From Octopus sinensis (lineage: Eukaryota), in NCBI RefSeq assembly GCF_006345805.1, contig NC_043020.1, positions 23,932,001 to 23,996,000 of the forward strand: DNA of 64,000 bases. Direction: 5' to 3'. The notes beneath the pieces were generated by a model. The model did not search any database. It was not told the DNA's origin and saw only the letters and a list, made by a program, of their open reading frames with translations. Each line of letters begins with the position of its first letter. Position 1 is the stretch's first letter. Shown piece by piece: positions 26,579-41,177 of the stretch. Position numbers and translations under genes: made by a program.

Positions 26579-28660
26579 AAATGGCGAAATCTTCATCACA
26601 AGATACCCTCTATTTTTTTTTCTTTTTTGCAAATCGAAACTCCTAAGATTGCGTTCACATGTTTAATTCACTGGCAGCAAGAGATTCTGAGATTTAAGTA
26701 TACTAGTGAAACCCGTATAATGAAAAGATGATTTTCATTTAAATCCGAACATGTGTAACCTCTCCACTTCCTACATTGTTCATTGCCGGAGAGACCAGTA
26801 TATTCAGTGAGAAGATTTGGGGTTACAATGTGGACAAGAAGAGGCCCATATTTCGTGAAGTTGTGGAATATGGTTTGTGCTAATTTTCTGTCCACCTTAT
26901 GCCATTTAAAAATGTGATCCTATTTCCTTCCAGAAGTCATACTTCGTCTGGAAGTTGATGATATGGGAAATATTAGTTTATATCTTCCCCAGTCTTCATT
27001 TAAAGAAAGTACAAATTCCTTCTTAAGGGAGATAGGTTCTCCTCTATAGGAAACGAGTTTCTGCTTGTTCTGGTGGGGCCATACAACCATATTTGTTCGT
27101 GCTGATACTCCCGAGCTATATATGGCCGAATCTTTTCTGCTAATAATGTGCCACAAAAGGATTGGTCGTCGAAACTGATGAATCTTACAGTCACCCTTTA
27201 TCTCTCCGTTTCCTGGAAAATGCAGAACTAGCTAGTGGCTGGTTACGTCACACGAAATTTGTGCTCGCATTTAAGCCTGTTTGAAAGATGATACCTTTAG
27301 TGCCATACATACACCGTTTCTCTCCTATTAAAGGACATTTCACTGAAGATATCTCGCAGAACTGACTCAATCTTTACTTTAGTCGAAAAAGGAAAACCCT
27401 GCTCTCGAAATGGCAAACTGTAGACAACCTTCACCTTTTCACAAGTTTCTGGCGTGAATTATGGTGGACTGGTGTTTGTTATCTTCAAAATGCTTCCAAA
27501 CTTCAGTCATTTTGGTAAAAGCTTCCATTTTGCTTTTTCTTCTTTGGTTCAAAAGAAAGTTTCGCAAAAAATAGCATTTTGTTATTCTTATTTTTTCATG
27601 AAAAATTACGCCTAAGCAAACTGTGTTTAGTGTTGATGTTGTTGATGATGATAATATTGTTTTTGACGTCATTGACCATATTTTGACAAGGGATTTCAAA
27701 GTGAGTGTTAAAACATTACCGTTTTCTTTTGTTTATGATCGATATTAATATTTCGCTATGCAACCAAAATGCCTTATTTTTTATTCGTTTGCTGTGTGTG
27801 AAAGGCACTATTTTCCATTATATCTTTGGCGGGGGCGGATCGTGAAATATTCGTAACCATGCTGGCTTAATTCATGAAGGCGACGTGAAATAAAAAGGTG
27901 GAATAAACACCAGAGATGTCTTTCCCCACACAGGAGCTACAAGAGATATTCAGAATTTTTTCAAGCTTTTCTAAATCCATAGAAATGCTGGAAAACTTTC
28001 CGCATCGTCAGCCGGTATCCTAGAGTCACGAGCGCTTCACCTCTACGTCTCTACGTTTCACTTGAGTGGTGTGGCGAGGACTAAGATAACCTTCCCTAAA
28101 AAAGGTTCCTCTTGTGGCTTCTTATCAACCATAGCCCATGTTGAGCAATTTTCGGCTGCCGTGCCTATTTCTTTGGTAGCTTTCTTTATTCGATTTCTTT
28201 GGTAGCTTTCTTCAGCCGATTTCAAAGGAGAATGAGACCGCACGCCACCCCTTGACATGGGCTTTGTCGACTAAATTCTGATGCCTCGATTTCTTTATGT
28301 AGTGGGAAATATCGAGTCTCTCTTAAAGCACTATGAGTTCAACCGCAATGGTTGTTCTTGCATTCCTGAAGAGCAGGGGCATGTCTGGACGGAATTGATG
28401 TCACCAGTATCTCTTCTAGGAAGACAGTTCAACTTGCATCTACCAAGATAACTGAATAGTCAATGGGGAAGGAAACTCTTCTCTGAAGAGTAGACAAAAA
28501 ATGGCGAAATATTCATCACAAGATACCCTCTATATTTTTTTTATTTTTTTGCAAATCGAAACTCCTAAGATTGCGTTCAATGTTTAATTCACTGGCAGCA
28601 AGAGATTAGAGATTTAAGTATACTAGTGAAACCCGTATAATGAAAAGATGATTTGCATTT
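26579..28660. repeat. ~160-bp direct repeat pair (26579-26740, 28499-28660)
   Basis: ATGGCGAAAT..CATCACAAGATACCCTC...CCCGTATAATGAAAAGATG present twice with few differences. Confidence 0.9.
28005..28460 (-). pseudogene. HERO/R2-type retrotransposon RLE domain and 3' UTR
   Basis: RPDMPLLFRNARTTIAVELIVL*ERLDISHYIKKSRHQNL...GWRAVSFSFEIG...KKATKEIGTAAENCSTW: PD-(D/E)xK restriction-like endonuclease pattern with frameshifts. Confidence 0.75.
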
Positions 28661-29856
28661 TTATAGCATTCAAAATTTAGCCTTCTTTAAATGTTCTTAA
28701 TGTTCGTCTACCTTCATTTCCTCGTGTCTCCGTCAGTGTTGTCTTTTCCACACTTTTTCTTATATTTTCCCGCTGTTCCCCCTCAATCGGGCTCTATATC
28801 TGCGCATCCTTTCTTGTGTCCTTGTTTCTTGTAAGTCCAGAGTTTAGACTAAATTTTTCCTTATAACCAAATTTCAATGTTTTAAGTGAGCAGACGATAA
28901 ATAATTGCATTTACGCGGATGCCTTCAGCGATGGTCACCATAAAAACTATTAGTTCAAAAAAAAAAAAAAACTTTTCACAATCAACGCACCACCACCACC
29001 ACCACCCTCACCGCTATCTGCCCCCTCTCTCTCATAACATAACTGCTTCCACTGTATTCCCCTTCAGCTACCTTTTTTTATTCACGTAATAAGTATTCCT
29101 TCCCCACCCCCACCGTACTTTGTTAACACATTTCTCTCCCTATTTTTCTTTCTTTCCTTCTTTGCCTCTACCTTCAGCTGACCACGCGACTATTTGGCTT
29201 AACTGTGTTAATATTAATTACCTTTTTCTTGTCTTCTTTCTTCACCCCCTCTCTCGTTCACTCTCTCTCTCTCTGCCTCTCTCTCATTCTTACTCCACCT
29301 CTCACTCATTTCATCTCTCTGATGTATAACGGGCGAACGAACAAGCAGATTATTATATAGCTACTCAGTCCTGAATCAATGTGTGCATTGCTTAAAATAT
29401 ATATTGTTTAATTAATGATGAGCTGCCAAAAGAACGAGTGAAAAAAGCAACCCATTATATTCAATCTTGGATGAGCCGTCAAATGTATGAATATGCAAAT
29501 TAGGTTTTCCACTACAACGTTCGCCTCATTGATGGCTGCATAATATATCTGCTGAATATTCTCTCTTCCTATCTATCTGTCTAGCTACACACACGCACAC
29601 ACATGTATACGCATACATGCACACACTGCTGTCGTGCATAAATTATTTACGTATGCATATTTTTTTCTATTTCTAATCATTTCAAAGTTGTCCATGATTA
29701 TCCTGCTTCTCTTTGGTTTTCGAAAAAGACATTCACATCGGCTGAGCAGCTGACCATTATCACGGCCCATAATTTCACTTCTCTGTCCCTAACAACTATC
29801 TGATTTACTATATTTAACGTGGTAGAAGATCTAATTGGGATGTATGTAAGTATTTG

Positions 29857-30232
29857 TGGTACTCCGTCGCTTACGACAACGAGGGTTCTAGTTGATCCAA
29901 TCAACGGAACAGCCTGCTCGTGAAATTAACGTGTACGTGGCTGAGCACTCCACAGACACGTGTACCCTTACCGTAGTTCTCGGGGAGATTCAGCGTGACA
30001 CAGTGTGACAAGGCTGGCCTTTTGAAATACAGGTACACCAGAAACAGGGAGAAAGAGTAAGAGAAAGTTGTGGTGGAAGATTACAGCAGGGTTCGCCACC
30101 ATCCTCTGCCGGAGCTCCGTGGTGCTTTAGGTGTTTTTGCTCAAAAACTCACAACGCCTGATCTGGGAATCGAAATCGCCATCCCACGACCGCGAGTCTG
30201 CTTCCCTAACCACTGGGCCATTACGCCTCCAC
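29857..30232 (-). mobile_element. SINE family B, full length
   Basis: Reverse complement of 16698-17063. Confidence 0.85.
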
Positions 30233-30272
30233 TATGTATGTATAATTATGTATGTTTGTGTGTGTGCATGTA

Positions 30273-30590
30273 AGGCGCGTGGTTTAGTGGTTAGGTTCTT
30301 CGACTCACGATCGTTATGTCATGATTTCGATTCCTAACGGTGCGTTGTGTCCATGAACAATACACTTTATTTCACGTTGCTCCAGTCCACCCAACAGGTA
30401 ACAATGAGTTGTACCTGTGATTCAAAGGTCAGTTTTATTACACTCTGAGTAACGCTAAATCTCCGGGAACTTCGTTAAGGGTTCAGGTGTCTGTGGAGTA
30501 CCCAGCCACTTCTATGTTGATTTCAAGAGCAGGCTGTTCCGTTGATAGGATCAACTGGAACACTCGTCGTCGTAACCAACGGAGTAGCTG
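30273..30590 (+). mobile_element. SINE family B variant
   Basis: Head GGCGCGTGGTTTAGTGGTTAGG...TTCGATTCC; shared 3' body. Confidence 0.8.
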
Positions 30591-31004
30591 TGTGTGTCTA
30601 TGGACGTATGTATGTGTGTGTATATGTGTATGTATGTATGTGTGTGTGCATGTATGTATTTAAGGTAGAATGTTACAGACTCTTGAGAGGAGAAAAGAAA
30701 TTTAATTGTCTGATAAACGAAACAGAACACTTTGAACTGTGAGCGTATGCGTTTGTGTGTGTTTTGTTATGTGTGTTTGTGTGTGTGTTTGTGTGTGTCT
30801 GTATGTGCGTATGTGTGTGTGTGCGTGTTTGCAGGCGCGTGCGTGTTGTGTATTGCTTTGAAAATACTGTCATTTAAATATTACCTTTGAAACTTTCAAA
30901 AACCATAACTGTCTCGAAATGTTCCAGACCATTCCTCAGAAGAGTCACGAAAAACCAAATATGTATGTAATCATGATGCTTTTATACATTAAAGAGATAA
31001 ATAA

Positions 31005-31035
<31 letters not shown>

Positions 31036-32205
31036 GAGAGGGGTGGAGAGAAGGAGATAGAAATAAAAAGAGAGATAAGTAGGAGATGGGTGATGGGCTG
31101 AGAATATATTTTAATACTTGGTACAGATATAATCTCACAAATATATACACGCAAGCACACACACAAACGCATGCACACACAGCGACACTCACACTTATAT
31201 ATAAAGACATACATGCTCGTATGTGTTTATGTGGCTAAAATTTTGATGTGCGTGTGTGTATGTGTGTGTGTGTTGATGTACGTAGGTATGTACACAGGCA
31301 TTTATGTATGAATAAATGCATGCACTGTTGCAGTTTGGTTGGCAGAGACATCTGTAATAACAGTAAATAAACAATTGTTGTAGGTTAATGCTATATTAGA
31401 GCTGTACAGGGATAAAGTAAATCAAAGATGTTAACTGGGAGAGAAAGACAGTGAAAAAGAGAAAAAGAGTGAGAAAGAGAAATGGAGAGAATGCGAGAGG
31501 GAGCAAAGAAAACAATACCATAACACACACACATATGCACACACACATATATATATATACGTATGTATATATGTGCTTGTGTGTGTATGTACATGGAATG
31601 ATGGATGCAGAGTATGTGACAATTATGTAACTGTAACTGACATCTTAGTAGGTTATAATCGTCTTTAAGCAGAAAAACTCAAAAGCATCCAGACAGTTCT
31701 AGTGATTTTCATTGGTCATACATCGATAGAGACATAACGACCAGGTAAACAATGGAATGATTATGGTCTAAACACACACGTACGCCCACCTATACATACA
31801 TATACATCTATATATAAATACTATATATATATATACATACATACACACATACATACATACATACATACATACATACATACATTCATACATGCATGCACGC
31901 ACACACACATACATACATACATACATACATACATACATACATACATACATACAAACATACATATATGCATACATACACACACATGTATATACACATATCT
32001 GTAAATATGAGTATTTTATATGTAATTCAATGCGACTATTATATATGTATATATACGTAGCTGTATGTCATGTGCATATGTATATGTATACGCAAATATA
32101 TATAAAAATATATACACATATGTATGTATATATATCAAAGGTGCATGTGTATATATATATATATATATACTACAAAGTATTATAATCGCATATGCATATA
32201 AAGTC

Positions 32206-32241
<36 letters not shown>

Positions 32242-32455
32242 CCGCGCATACACAAATGTGCATATATGCAAATGTACACACTCATATATGTATATATACA
32301 CGTATTTCTTAAATTGTGAAATATATACTATATATATATATCTATATATTTTCATTGATATATACGTTTACTGCGATATATTTCAAGTATTTATCGTGGT
32401 AGAAATCTTTCTAGCTTCTCCCCCCTTGTCTCTTAAAACAGAAACACACATATAC

Positions 32456-32459
<4 letters not shown>

Positions 32460-32518
<59 letters not shown>

Positions 32519-33258
32519 TATATCAAGTATGTATGTATATATATATGTACAGAGAGGGAGAGAGACAGAGAGAGGGTGAGCTGGAAAAGAGAGAGTGGGG
32601 GGCGCTCGTGGTGTCTAGTTATCATAAACGCCAATATCAGTCAACATTTGTATTACTATATTTTACTTCAGAAATAAAAGCAATTATGATGAGACAGGAC
32701 AATTTAATACATCGATATATATTGCAGCTTGTGAGGAGATTGTTATCTTCGTCTTTGTATGCGTAGTGTAGAGTATATATATGTGCACACACACACATAT
32801 ATATGTTAGATACATGCGTACATACATTCACACATATATAAAGAGGTGTATATATGTGTGTGTGTGTATACTCATATATATATATTATATATATATATAT
32901 ATATATAGATATATCAAGTATGTATGTATATATATATGTACAGAGGGGAGAGAGACAGAGAGAGGGTGAGCTGGAAAAGAGAGAGTGGGGGGCGCTCGTG
33001 GTGTCTAGTTATCATAAACGCCAATATCAGTCAACATTTGTATTACTATATTTTACTTCAGAAATAAAAGCAATTATGATGAGACAGGACAATTTAATAC
33101 ATCGATATATATTGCAGCTTGTGAGGAGATTGTTATCTTCGTCTTTGTATGCGTAGTGTAGAGTATATATATGTGCACACACACATATATATGTTAGATA
33201 CATGCGTACATACATTCACACATATATAAAGAGGTGTATATATGTGTGTGTGTGTATA

Positions 33259-33295
<37 letters not shown>
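32460..33295. repeat. ~390-bp near-identical tandem duplication bounded by (TA)n
   Basis: CTGGAAAAGAGAGAGTGGGGGGCGCTCG at 32581 and 32971; units differ mainly in microsatellite length. Confidence 0.9.
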
Positions 33296-33301
<6 letters not shown>

Positions 33302-33533
33302 CACACATATACATAAGGCATACGTATATACATATGTGTTTGTATACCTGTGTGTGTATGTATGCTCTCTTCTGTTTTTTAATTATTTGAAATCTTTCTG
33401 AGAGGAAGGAGCTGGTTTCTAACAAAGATACAAAAGCTCCATTCTTGGAATGTAGATAACAAAAAGAATCTCACGTTTTAAACTTTAGAAAAGTCTTGCA
33501 TATCATTAGTGTTCCACATGCACACACACGCAC

Positions 33534-34830
33534 AAGAAATTAAAGAAGGAAAATGCACACACTCTACATAGTTTTAATACATTTTTAAATATATCTTCTA
33601 TTGTGTTTGTCGACCGGTTTGGCTTTCGCCAATCATGACATTAAAATTATTTTAATTACGTATTTTCTTAAAATATAAGACAGATCTGGAAAAGATACCT
33701 GAATGACGGTTTTATCATTTGGAAGGAGACCATTGATAAACGTTTTGAATTAAAATCAACACTAAATGATATAAACTGTAATATTCAATTCACAATGAAA
33801 TATAAACTAAGAACAGCTCCCATTTTTGGATATCATGATAAAAAAAGTCATCAACCAAATTATAACTGACATCTATCATAAACCAACGGACTCGAAGCAC
33901 TATATCCTTTTTAGCTAATGCTACCCGAAACACATTAACATAAATATCCCCTTTAATTTGGCAAAAAGGATTTTCACAATAGTGACTGATAGAATTACTC
34001 GGGACCTCCGCTTTCAAAACCTCAGAACAACACTAACTAAAAGACAATATCTACCCTCACTTATAGACGATGATATTAAGCGTGCCAAGAGAAGAGACAT
34101 AAAAACACTAAGGACAACAAAATATAACACCACATTTCATCTTGAAACACAACCCTAGAAACAATGAGGCATACAACACTATTGTGCAAAATCTTCCGTT
34201 ACTAACTAGAGACCCCAAAATGAAAACATCTTGAAAACATAAATTTATCAAATGCAAAAAGCAACACAAATCGCTTGAGACTTCTAACAAATGCGAAGCT
34301 TTACACAACAATCAAGAAGCCAACGGTTAAAAATGTGGACGCCTAAACTGTGGAACATGCCCCAACCTACTTGAAGGCTTAGATTTCCTTTTCAAACAAG
34401 GTGAGAGGTTCACAATTAAAACCAGCTTTTCATCGAAAATTATAGAACACGTCTAAATATGCACGCATAACCAACTTTGATCTCTATACGTATTTTAATT
34501 CACGATTACATACCCATCACTGCATATTTCTCCCCACCACCATAGCTTTTGAATTTTTGTGTGTATATATTCCTCCACCACCACCGAAAGATGAACAATT
34601 ATCTCCCCTGTCCACAATATTAACGATCACCCATTATCTCCTCTTGGATTGTTCTACTTGTTGAATCATTCATTCATAAACTCTACACACAACATAGACA
34701 ACAAATGCTTAAGAAAATACATAATTGAAGATTAGCGAAAGCAAAACCGGTCGGCAAATGCAATATAAAATATATTAAGAAAGATATTAAAACTGTGTAA
34801 AGTGTGTGCATTTTCCTTCTTTAATTTCTT
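33534..34830 (+). mobile_element. 5'-truncated PLE (Neptune-like) with inverted pLTRs
   Basis: Inverted arms 33534-~33650 / ~34720-34830; frameshifted RT: WKRYLNDGFIIW, TDIYHKPTDS, IPFNLAKRIFTIV; Cys linker KCGRLNCGTC; decayed HHR TTGAAGA..GC GAAA GC AAAAC CG GTC. Confidence 0.85.
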
Positions 34831-34901
34831 ATATATATATTATGGCTCACCACGTGGGGTAATCGAAATTCCTCCATTTCTATACACACACACACACACA
34901 C

Positions 34902-34988
<87 letters not shown>

Positions 34989-35002
34989 CATATGCATACA
35001 CT

Positions 35003-35325
35003 GGCACTGCGTCGATTACGACGATGAATTTTCCAGTTGATTCGGTGAGTGAACAGCCTGCTCGGGAACTTTACAAGTAGCCGAGCACTCCACAGATACG
35101 CATAACCCTTAACGTTGTTCTAAGGGAGATTCAGCGTGACAAAGAATGAGATAAGGTTGGCCCTTTTGAATGACAGATACAACTCATTTTTTGCCCAACT
35201 GAGTGGATTAGAGGAAAGAGAAATAAAATGTCTTGCTCAGGGACACAACACGCCGCCGTCAGCCGAGTATCGAATTCTCGTGGGCCGACAATCCGTAACT
35301 GTTAAGCCACGAACCTTCGGTGCAT
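35003..35325 (-). mobile_element. SINE family B variant
   Basis: Reverse complement of the family B body (GAGCACTCCACAGA, GGGAGATTCAGCGTGAC). Confidence 0.7.
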
Positions 35326-35474
35326 ATACATATATACACAGACAAATACACACGTATTTATCATTCCATATATATATAACTCGGCTGACGGCGGCGTGTT
35401 GTGTCCCCGAGCAAGACATTTTATTTCTCTTTCCTCTAATCCACTCAGTTGGGCAAAAAAATGTGTTGTATCTG

Positions 35475-35523
<49 letters not shown>

Positions 35524-35536
35524 GTGTGTATATATA

Positions 35537-35591
<55 letters not shown>

Positions 35592-35624
35592 TATATATAT
35601 GTATATATATATATATATATAATA

Positions 35625-35662
<38 letters not shown>

Positions 35663-37499
35663 ATATATATATATGCATGCACACATATTAGCCATGAAAC
35701 ACTCGAGTTTTTAAAATTCAATTGCCAAGTCAATAAGATGGGCAACATAATTCATAGGAAACTCTGAGTGGAGTAAACTACAGTGACTGATGGAGAGAGA
35801 GAGTATCTATGATAGAAAAGGCCGACAGATAGAATTGTTAGATCTACAGTATAATACAGTGCATTCTTTAATTACGTTTCCACACATTGTGAGTTCAAAT
35901 TCAGGTGACGTCAGTCTTGCCTTTTATCTTGCAAGGGTTACAAATCTGAAGGATATTGTGAGAATAACCCATTCCGTTGCCAAATTAGGTTTTAAACAGA
36001 AGAATCTAACCGAAATTTCCCTCCAATGTGGTTATCGCGAAGAATTTATATTTAGGAAATGGTTAAGACAAGTATCTCGTATGTTTAGACATCCGTTAAA
36101 ATATACTATGAAGGTCGTTTTTCAGTTATTGAACATTTATTTCTTTCAAAGTGTTGTCTCGATATTCGTCTAGAAGAATTCCTTTGAAAGTTGTTCGGAG
36201 ATTAGTGGAAGTCAAGGTGGAAATTATGGCAGGTTAGAGGCAAAGAATTCAAGGAAATTGAGGACGTAATTCTAGTTAAAACAAAAGAAGATAATGAATA
36301 ATCGAATAAAGAGATAAGTATGTCGCCAGCATAATTTTCTGTCTGTTTATCTATGTCAATTATTGTTCTTTCCATACAAACGAATACTATTTTTGACATT
36401 ATTGCTATGTATAACTCTATTTCAGCCATTTGTGATATGATTAATTATCTTTTGTCTTACTTTACGGTTTATCTTATTGTGTATACTTTCCTATAATTCT
36501 TCACACATCCTTTTATTACCTCGCTACTATTTTCTTATTTCCCTTTTAAATTTTTCCTGAAGTTGTTTCATAAGAAATCATATCAACATATCATTTTCTG
36601 ATGACGACTTGAAATTCACAAGAAAATGCCCTCATTTCTTTGGTTTACTTTGCTCATTAAATATAGTCTCAAAATAATAACCACTCCAAATAAAGATGTA
36701 CAAATTCTCGGTTTTAGGCTATAAATTCGTAATAAGAATATAGAACCTTCAAGAGAACGTGAAATAATTCCCGTTCGGAACAGTAAAAGTTCAAGCAAAT
36801 AAAACTATAACTGATGGCGCGTAAATATCGGGTTAAAAACCTTTTTTCGATAGAAAATGTCGAAGACTGCTTGTGAGACGGCCTTACAGGCAGTCTCCGA
36901 TTTTCTTTTATCCAAGGAATTCTTTTTAAATCAAGATGTAAAATCACGCTCTCATTCATAACTTCGTAATTGTACTTTACATATAAACAGGTACGTAAGT
37001 ACTCCGTCGGCCAATCTCGATCATGCTTCTGCACATGTTTGCATACATCTGAGTACGATTTATAGAGGAAGACTAAGGGCTGCCAATACATTACTGTTAC
37101 CCCTCTTCAAAATATTGATTATTATTTTTTTTTACGAAAGTGCGATCTCTGATTTGGGTTAATAGACATTGGCACCGGTGTTGTCATAGACGTTGCTGTC
37201 ACAATGCAAAGAGCTGGAAGTGATTCTCCAAGACGTTACTTACAAAAACAAACTAACAAACAAGTAAATATAGAATATGAATATATGAGAAGGTTACGGA
37301 TGTGAAATGAAAATATTCAAATAATGAAGTATTGTAAAGACGTCACAAGTTTATTATACACACACACACACACACACACAACGACATTAAGGGACAATGT
37401 ATGCACGAAATTGCGAAATATTTGGTGGTACCATAGGGTACGGGAAATTTTAAATAATATTCTAAATTTAATTTCTGTATAATGAGACATCTGGTATGA

Positions 37500-37815
37500 A
37501 GGCGTATGGCTCAGTGATTAGAAAGCCGGACTCCCAATCATGTGGTAGTAAGTTCGATTCTTGGACGGGGCTGTGTGTTGTGTTCTATAGTAAGACACTT
37601 TATTTCACGTTGCTCCAGTTCACTCAGCTGTAAGAATGAGTTGCGACGTCATTGGTGCCAAGCTGTTTCGACCTTTGCCTTTCTCTTGGATAACATCGGT
37701 GGCGTGGAGAGGAGAAGCGGTTGGTATGTTTGGGGACTGTTGGTCTTCCATTAACAACCTTGACCGGATTTGTGCCTCTGAGGATCATTCATGACTAAAG
37801 GGAGTATTTACCCTT
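37500..37815 (+). mobile_element. tRNA-derived SINE (B-type head, different 3' part)
   Basis: GGCGTATGGCTCAGTG...AGTTCGATTC...ACACTTTATTTCACGTTGCTCCAGT. Confidence 0.7.
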
Positions 37816-37990
37816 TTACACATCTGATAAATGTAGTTTAGTGCTTCTTCGATTTGGTGCTCGACATTTTTTTTATATAGGCAATCGTCGTGTTTACGTT
37901 TCACTACCTTCTTTAAAGTTTTGTCTGTACATTCACCCGCTTTTCTCCCCCATTCTTAATTATCCGTGATCAATTTCAGGTTTATCTATA

Positions 37991-38310
37991 GGCACGTGGC
38001 TTAGTGGTTGGCGAGTATTCGCCTCACTATCATAAACTTACGAGTTCGATTCCCAGCGGTGCACCGTGACCCTGTGTGTAAAACGCTTTATTTCATTTGC
38101 CCCAGTCTACTCAGCTGTCAGAAACGAGTTGTACATGTAATTCATTTAGTTAGCCATGACATGTTCTGTGTCAAACTGAATCTCCTTAGCCACGTTAAGG
38201 GTACACGTGTCTTTGGAGTTCTCAGCCACTTGCACATCAATTTCCCGAGCAAGTTGTTTCGTTGATCTGATGAACAGGAACTCTCATCAAACCCGATGGA
38301 ATGCCAGTTT
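37991..38310 (+). mobile_element. SINE family B variant
   Basis: A/B boxes plus AAGGGTACACGTGTCT body. Confidence 0.75.
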
Positions 38311-38889
38311 TTGTTGTAATCTCTAGCAGTATTTTACTTCAATTCTTACCGCTAAACTGTAATCTCCCCCTCATACCCTCGCTAACCTTAAAAGAGAACT
38401 CTGTAATTAATTCCTCCATAAGAGAACTTCAAGAAAACTTCTTAGTTTGTATTAAGATTTGTAACATTAGGAATTATTTCCCTTAATCGCTATATTGATA
38501 ACTATTTAATGCAATTGATCCGCCAGTTTTCAAGTGTGGTCATCTTTGATACTTATTAGAAAGTTTAACAACAATTTATTAGATGACTTAGCAATCCGGA
38601 TATTTACCACGCATCTTTACAATTATTTGTTTATATGGGGGATAACTTTGTAATTTGTTACACGATCCATTGCGTTTGTAAGAAAAACCTTCTTTCCACG
38701 TATATTTTACCACTCTAAATTATCGCTGTATGTGCGTGCATGTGTGTGTGTGTATGTCTGTGTGGGGAGGGTTGTGTAACACTTTTAATCCGAAAGAATA
38801 AATTCGTTAATTTATTCACTTCTGATTATATCTTGACTATATCTATCTATCTATCTGATATCTAGATTATAACTCTCTCTCTCTATCTG

Positions 38890-38920
<31 letters not shown>

Positions 38921-38943
38921 TATATATATTATATATATATATT

Positions 38944-39031
<88 letters not shown>

Positions 39032-41177
39032 CATACATATGTGTGTATATATACAAATATAGCTTACCGATATGTGTTTGATAACTGTTTGTGTTATAGT
39101 GTATATACAAGCACCTATATACACTTCTAACAATCCATACATACCCCTATACATACACATGCACACACATACATATATACACATGTAAATGTATATGCAC
39201 ACTTGCATATATTTTTCTATACTTGTGTAATGATACACAAGCTTAAATCTTCCACAAAAAAAAAAACAGTTTCAGAATTCTTCAAACATGCCTGGCTCTT
39301 TACCAAATTTAAGCACCAATAAATAGGCATTGATTTTTCTTAATTGATTCCATATTTCTAATTACTTCTATATATTTTGGTGTCTTTTTTTTGGAATTGT
39401 AATTAGTTCAATATATTTCCACTGTTTCGAATATTTCTTCTATTTTGTCTTTTGTTCTTCCTAGGAAAATCTTCTATTCTTGGTGAATTTTAAGATCAAT
39501 ATTATTTTCTCTCGCAATTAATTGCACGAAAAAAACAAAAACAAAATTCAGTGTTGATGCTGTTGTTGTTGTTGTTGCTTTGATGGTGGTGGTGGTAGTT
39601 GTGTTGTTGGGGTGTCGTTTCTGGCGGTAGTTAAAATGGTGGCCGTTGGCGTGTGGTGGGTGATATATCTGTTGCATGTTATGGTGCTGTTGCGTTGGTG
39701 ATATGGCTGATTGCTTTGTAGTAGTAGTAGTTGTTGTAGTCAATGAAGTAGTAGGAGGAGGAGGCGGAGGAGAACAAGTAGAAGTAGGAGAAGGATCATT
39801 AGTAGTAGTTGTTGTTTTTGTTGTTGCTTAACGCTAGGTGAACTCTGACGGAATAAGATTTTGATCAGCCTGTATTGCAATCTTAAGAATTCTAGCTTGC
39901 AGTTCTCCCACCGTGTGCCATGTCTAGAAGCATCGGCCACCATTGATCTCTGAGGCAAAATCTGAAGATCCATGATTTTCCCAGGGAAACCTGCAGCGGT
40001 GATTACCCATTGTCTTCTCGTGGTTTATTCGCAGTTTATTTTGATAGTATCCTGCTATCCTGAGCGCATCCCTGAGACATAAGGGCTTCTTTTTTTTTAA
40101 CCCTTACACAGGACTAGCTTACATCACATCAGGGCTTGTTCAAATACTGGTGGATCTGTGTGACGCATACCTTAGGGCCAGCATGCGTCTCCGTCTTCTA
40201 TACCTTAACTTCTGTATCTTCACCCACAACTGGGTCCTTTGAGAAGTACTACCACTCGGGAACAAAGACGATCTGGAAATCGTGTTGACTCAGGGAAACT
40301 CCACAATACTCCACCCCCAAAAGCTTCGAACTCTGGTGCTGAAGCGTCACTACCAGATGTAGGTGAATGAGGTCCAATATATCCTTTGCTCTTTCAGGCA
40401 ATAAGTTGGGAGTTATATGGGATTTAACTGCTGTTTTTAGCCAGTCGATCAATCGCGTACACTCTCACTATCTGTGTGATTGTGTGTCTGTCTGTTGCTA
40501 GTAGTTAATTCCAGGTTACACCAGATCAAACAAACATCTCAACGTCATTCCACCCATGACCAACGCGTCTGTTGGACTCCATTAGTGACTGTATTCTTCC
40601 ATTTATAGTGGAGTAAAGGGAAACTTGAGCGACATTTGAATGCCATTTCAGTAGGTTAAGCGACCGTATACAGGCTACATAGCTCGGTTTATCTCCCCCT
40701 GTTCATGCTGTTATAGATGTCACCACAAAGCGACATATTTAACAACAACCACAACATCAATAATTCCTAAACAGATTTATGAGCAAAAGCGTTCCAGTCG
40801 TGCCATCCTCTCTTTGCTCAGTAATACAGTCTATCGAAGACTATACTATCTCATGTCACATTCTTTGTAAAATGGCAGAAATTGATTTTTACCGTGTGAC
40901 AGTGCGAGCACAATTGGTTACGGTGTCAGACACATGAGCAAAAGGTCGTGTGTTCAATTCTCTGTCCACGTTGTGTATTGTGTCCTTGGGCAAGGCACTG
41001 CACCTCACGTTGTTCCATTTCCCTCATAGGGAAATGAGTGGTGTCTGTTGCAGAGTTGCACCTCACAAACTTTTGGAAATAATTTGGTAAATAAAGGATG
41101 AATATGGCAGTAGTATGAAGTTCTAAGGAGACTTAGCTGCTATTTTTAACATATGCAGATAATTCTTCATATCATAT

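Larger units (their letters stand above)
26333..28738 (-). mobile_element. Possible decayed hAT-like DNA transposon, rearranged
   Basis: Imperfect TIR CAGTGACACGGACACGAGG / CCTCGTGTCTCCGTCAGTG; minus peptides EVWKHF (BED-like start), DFWKE...PQL and LNE...LVYLNLR (dimerisation-domain-like); no TSD. Confidence 0.4.

Noticed and set aside
26579-28660. LTR retrotransposon or TRIM
   Set aside because: No TSD, PBS or PPT, and no gag/pol inside; the TG...CA ends are probably chance
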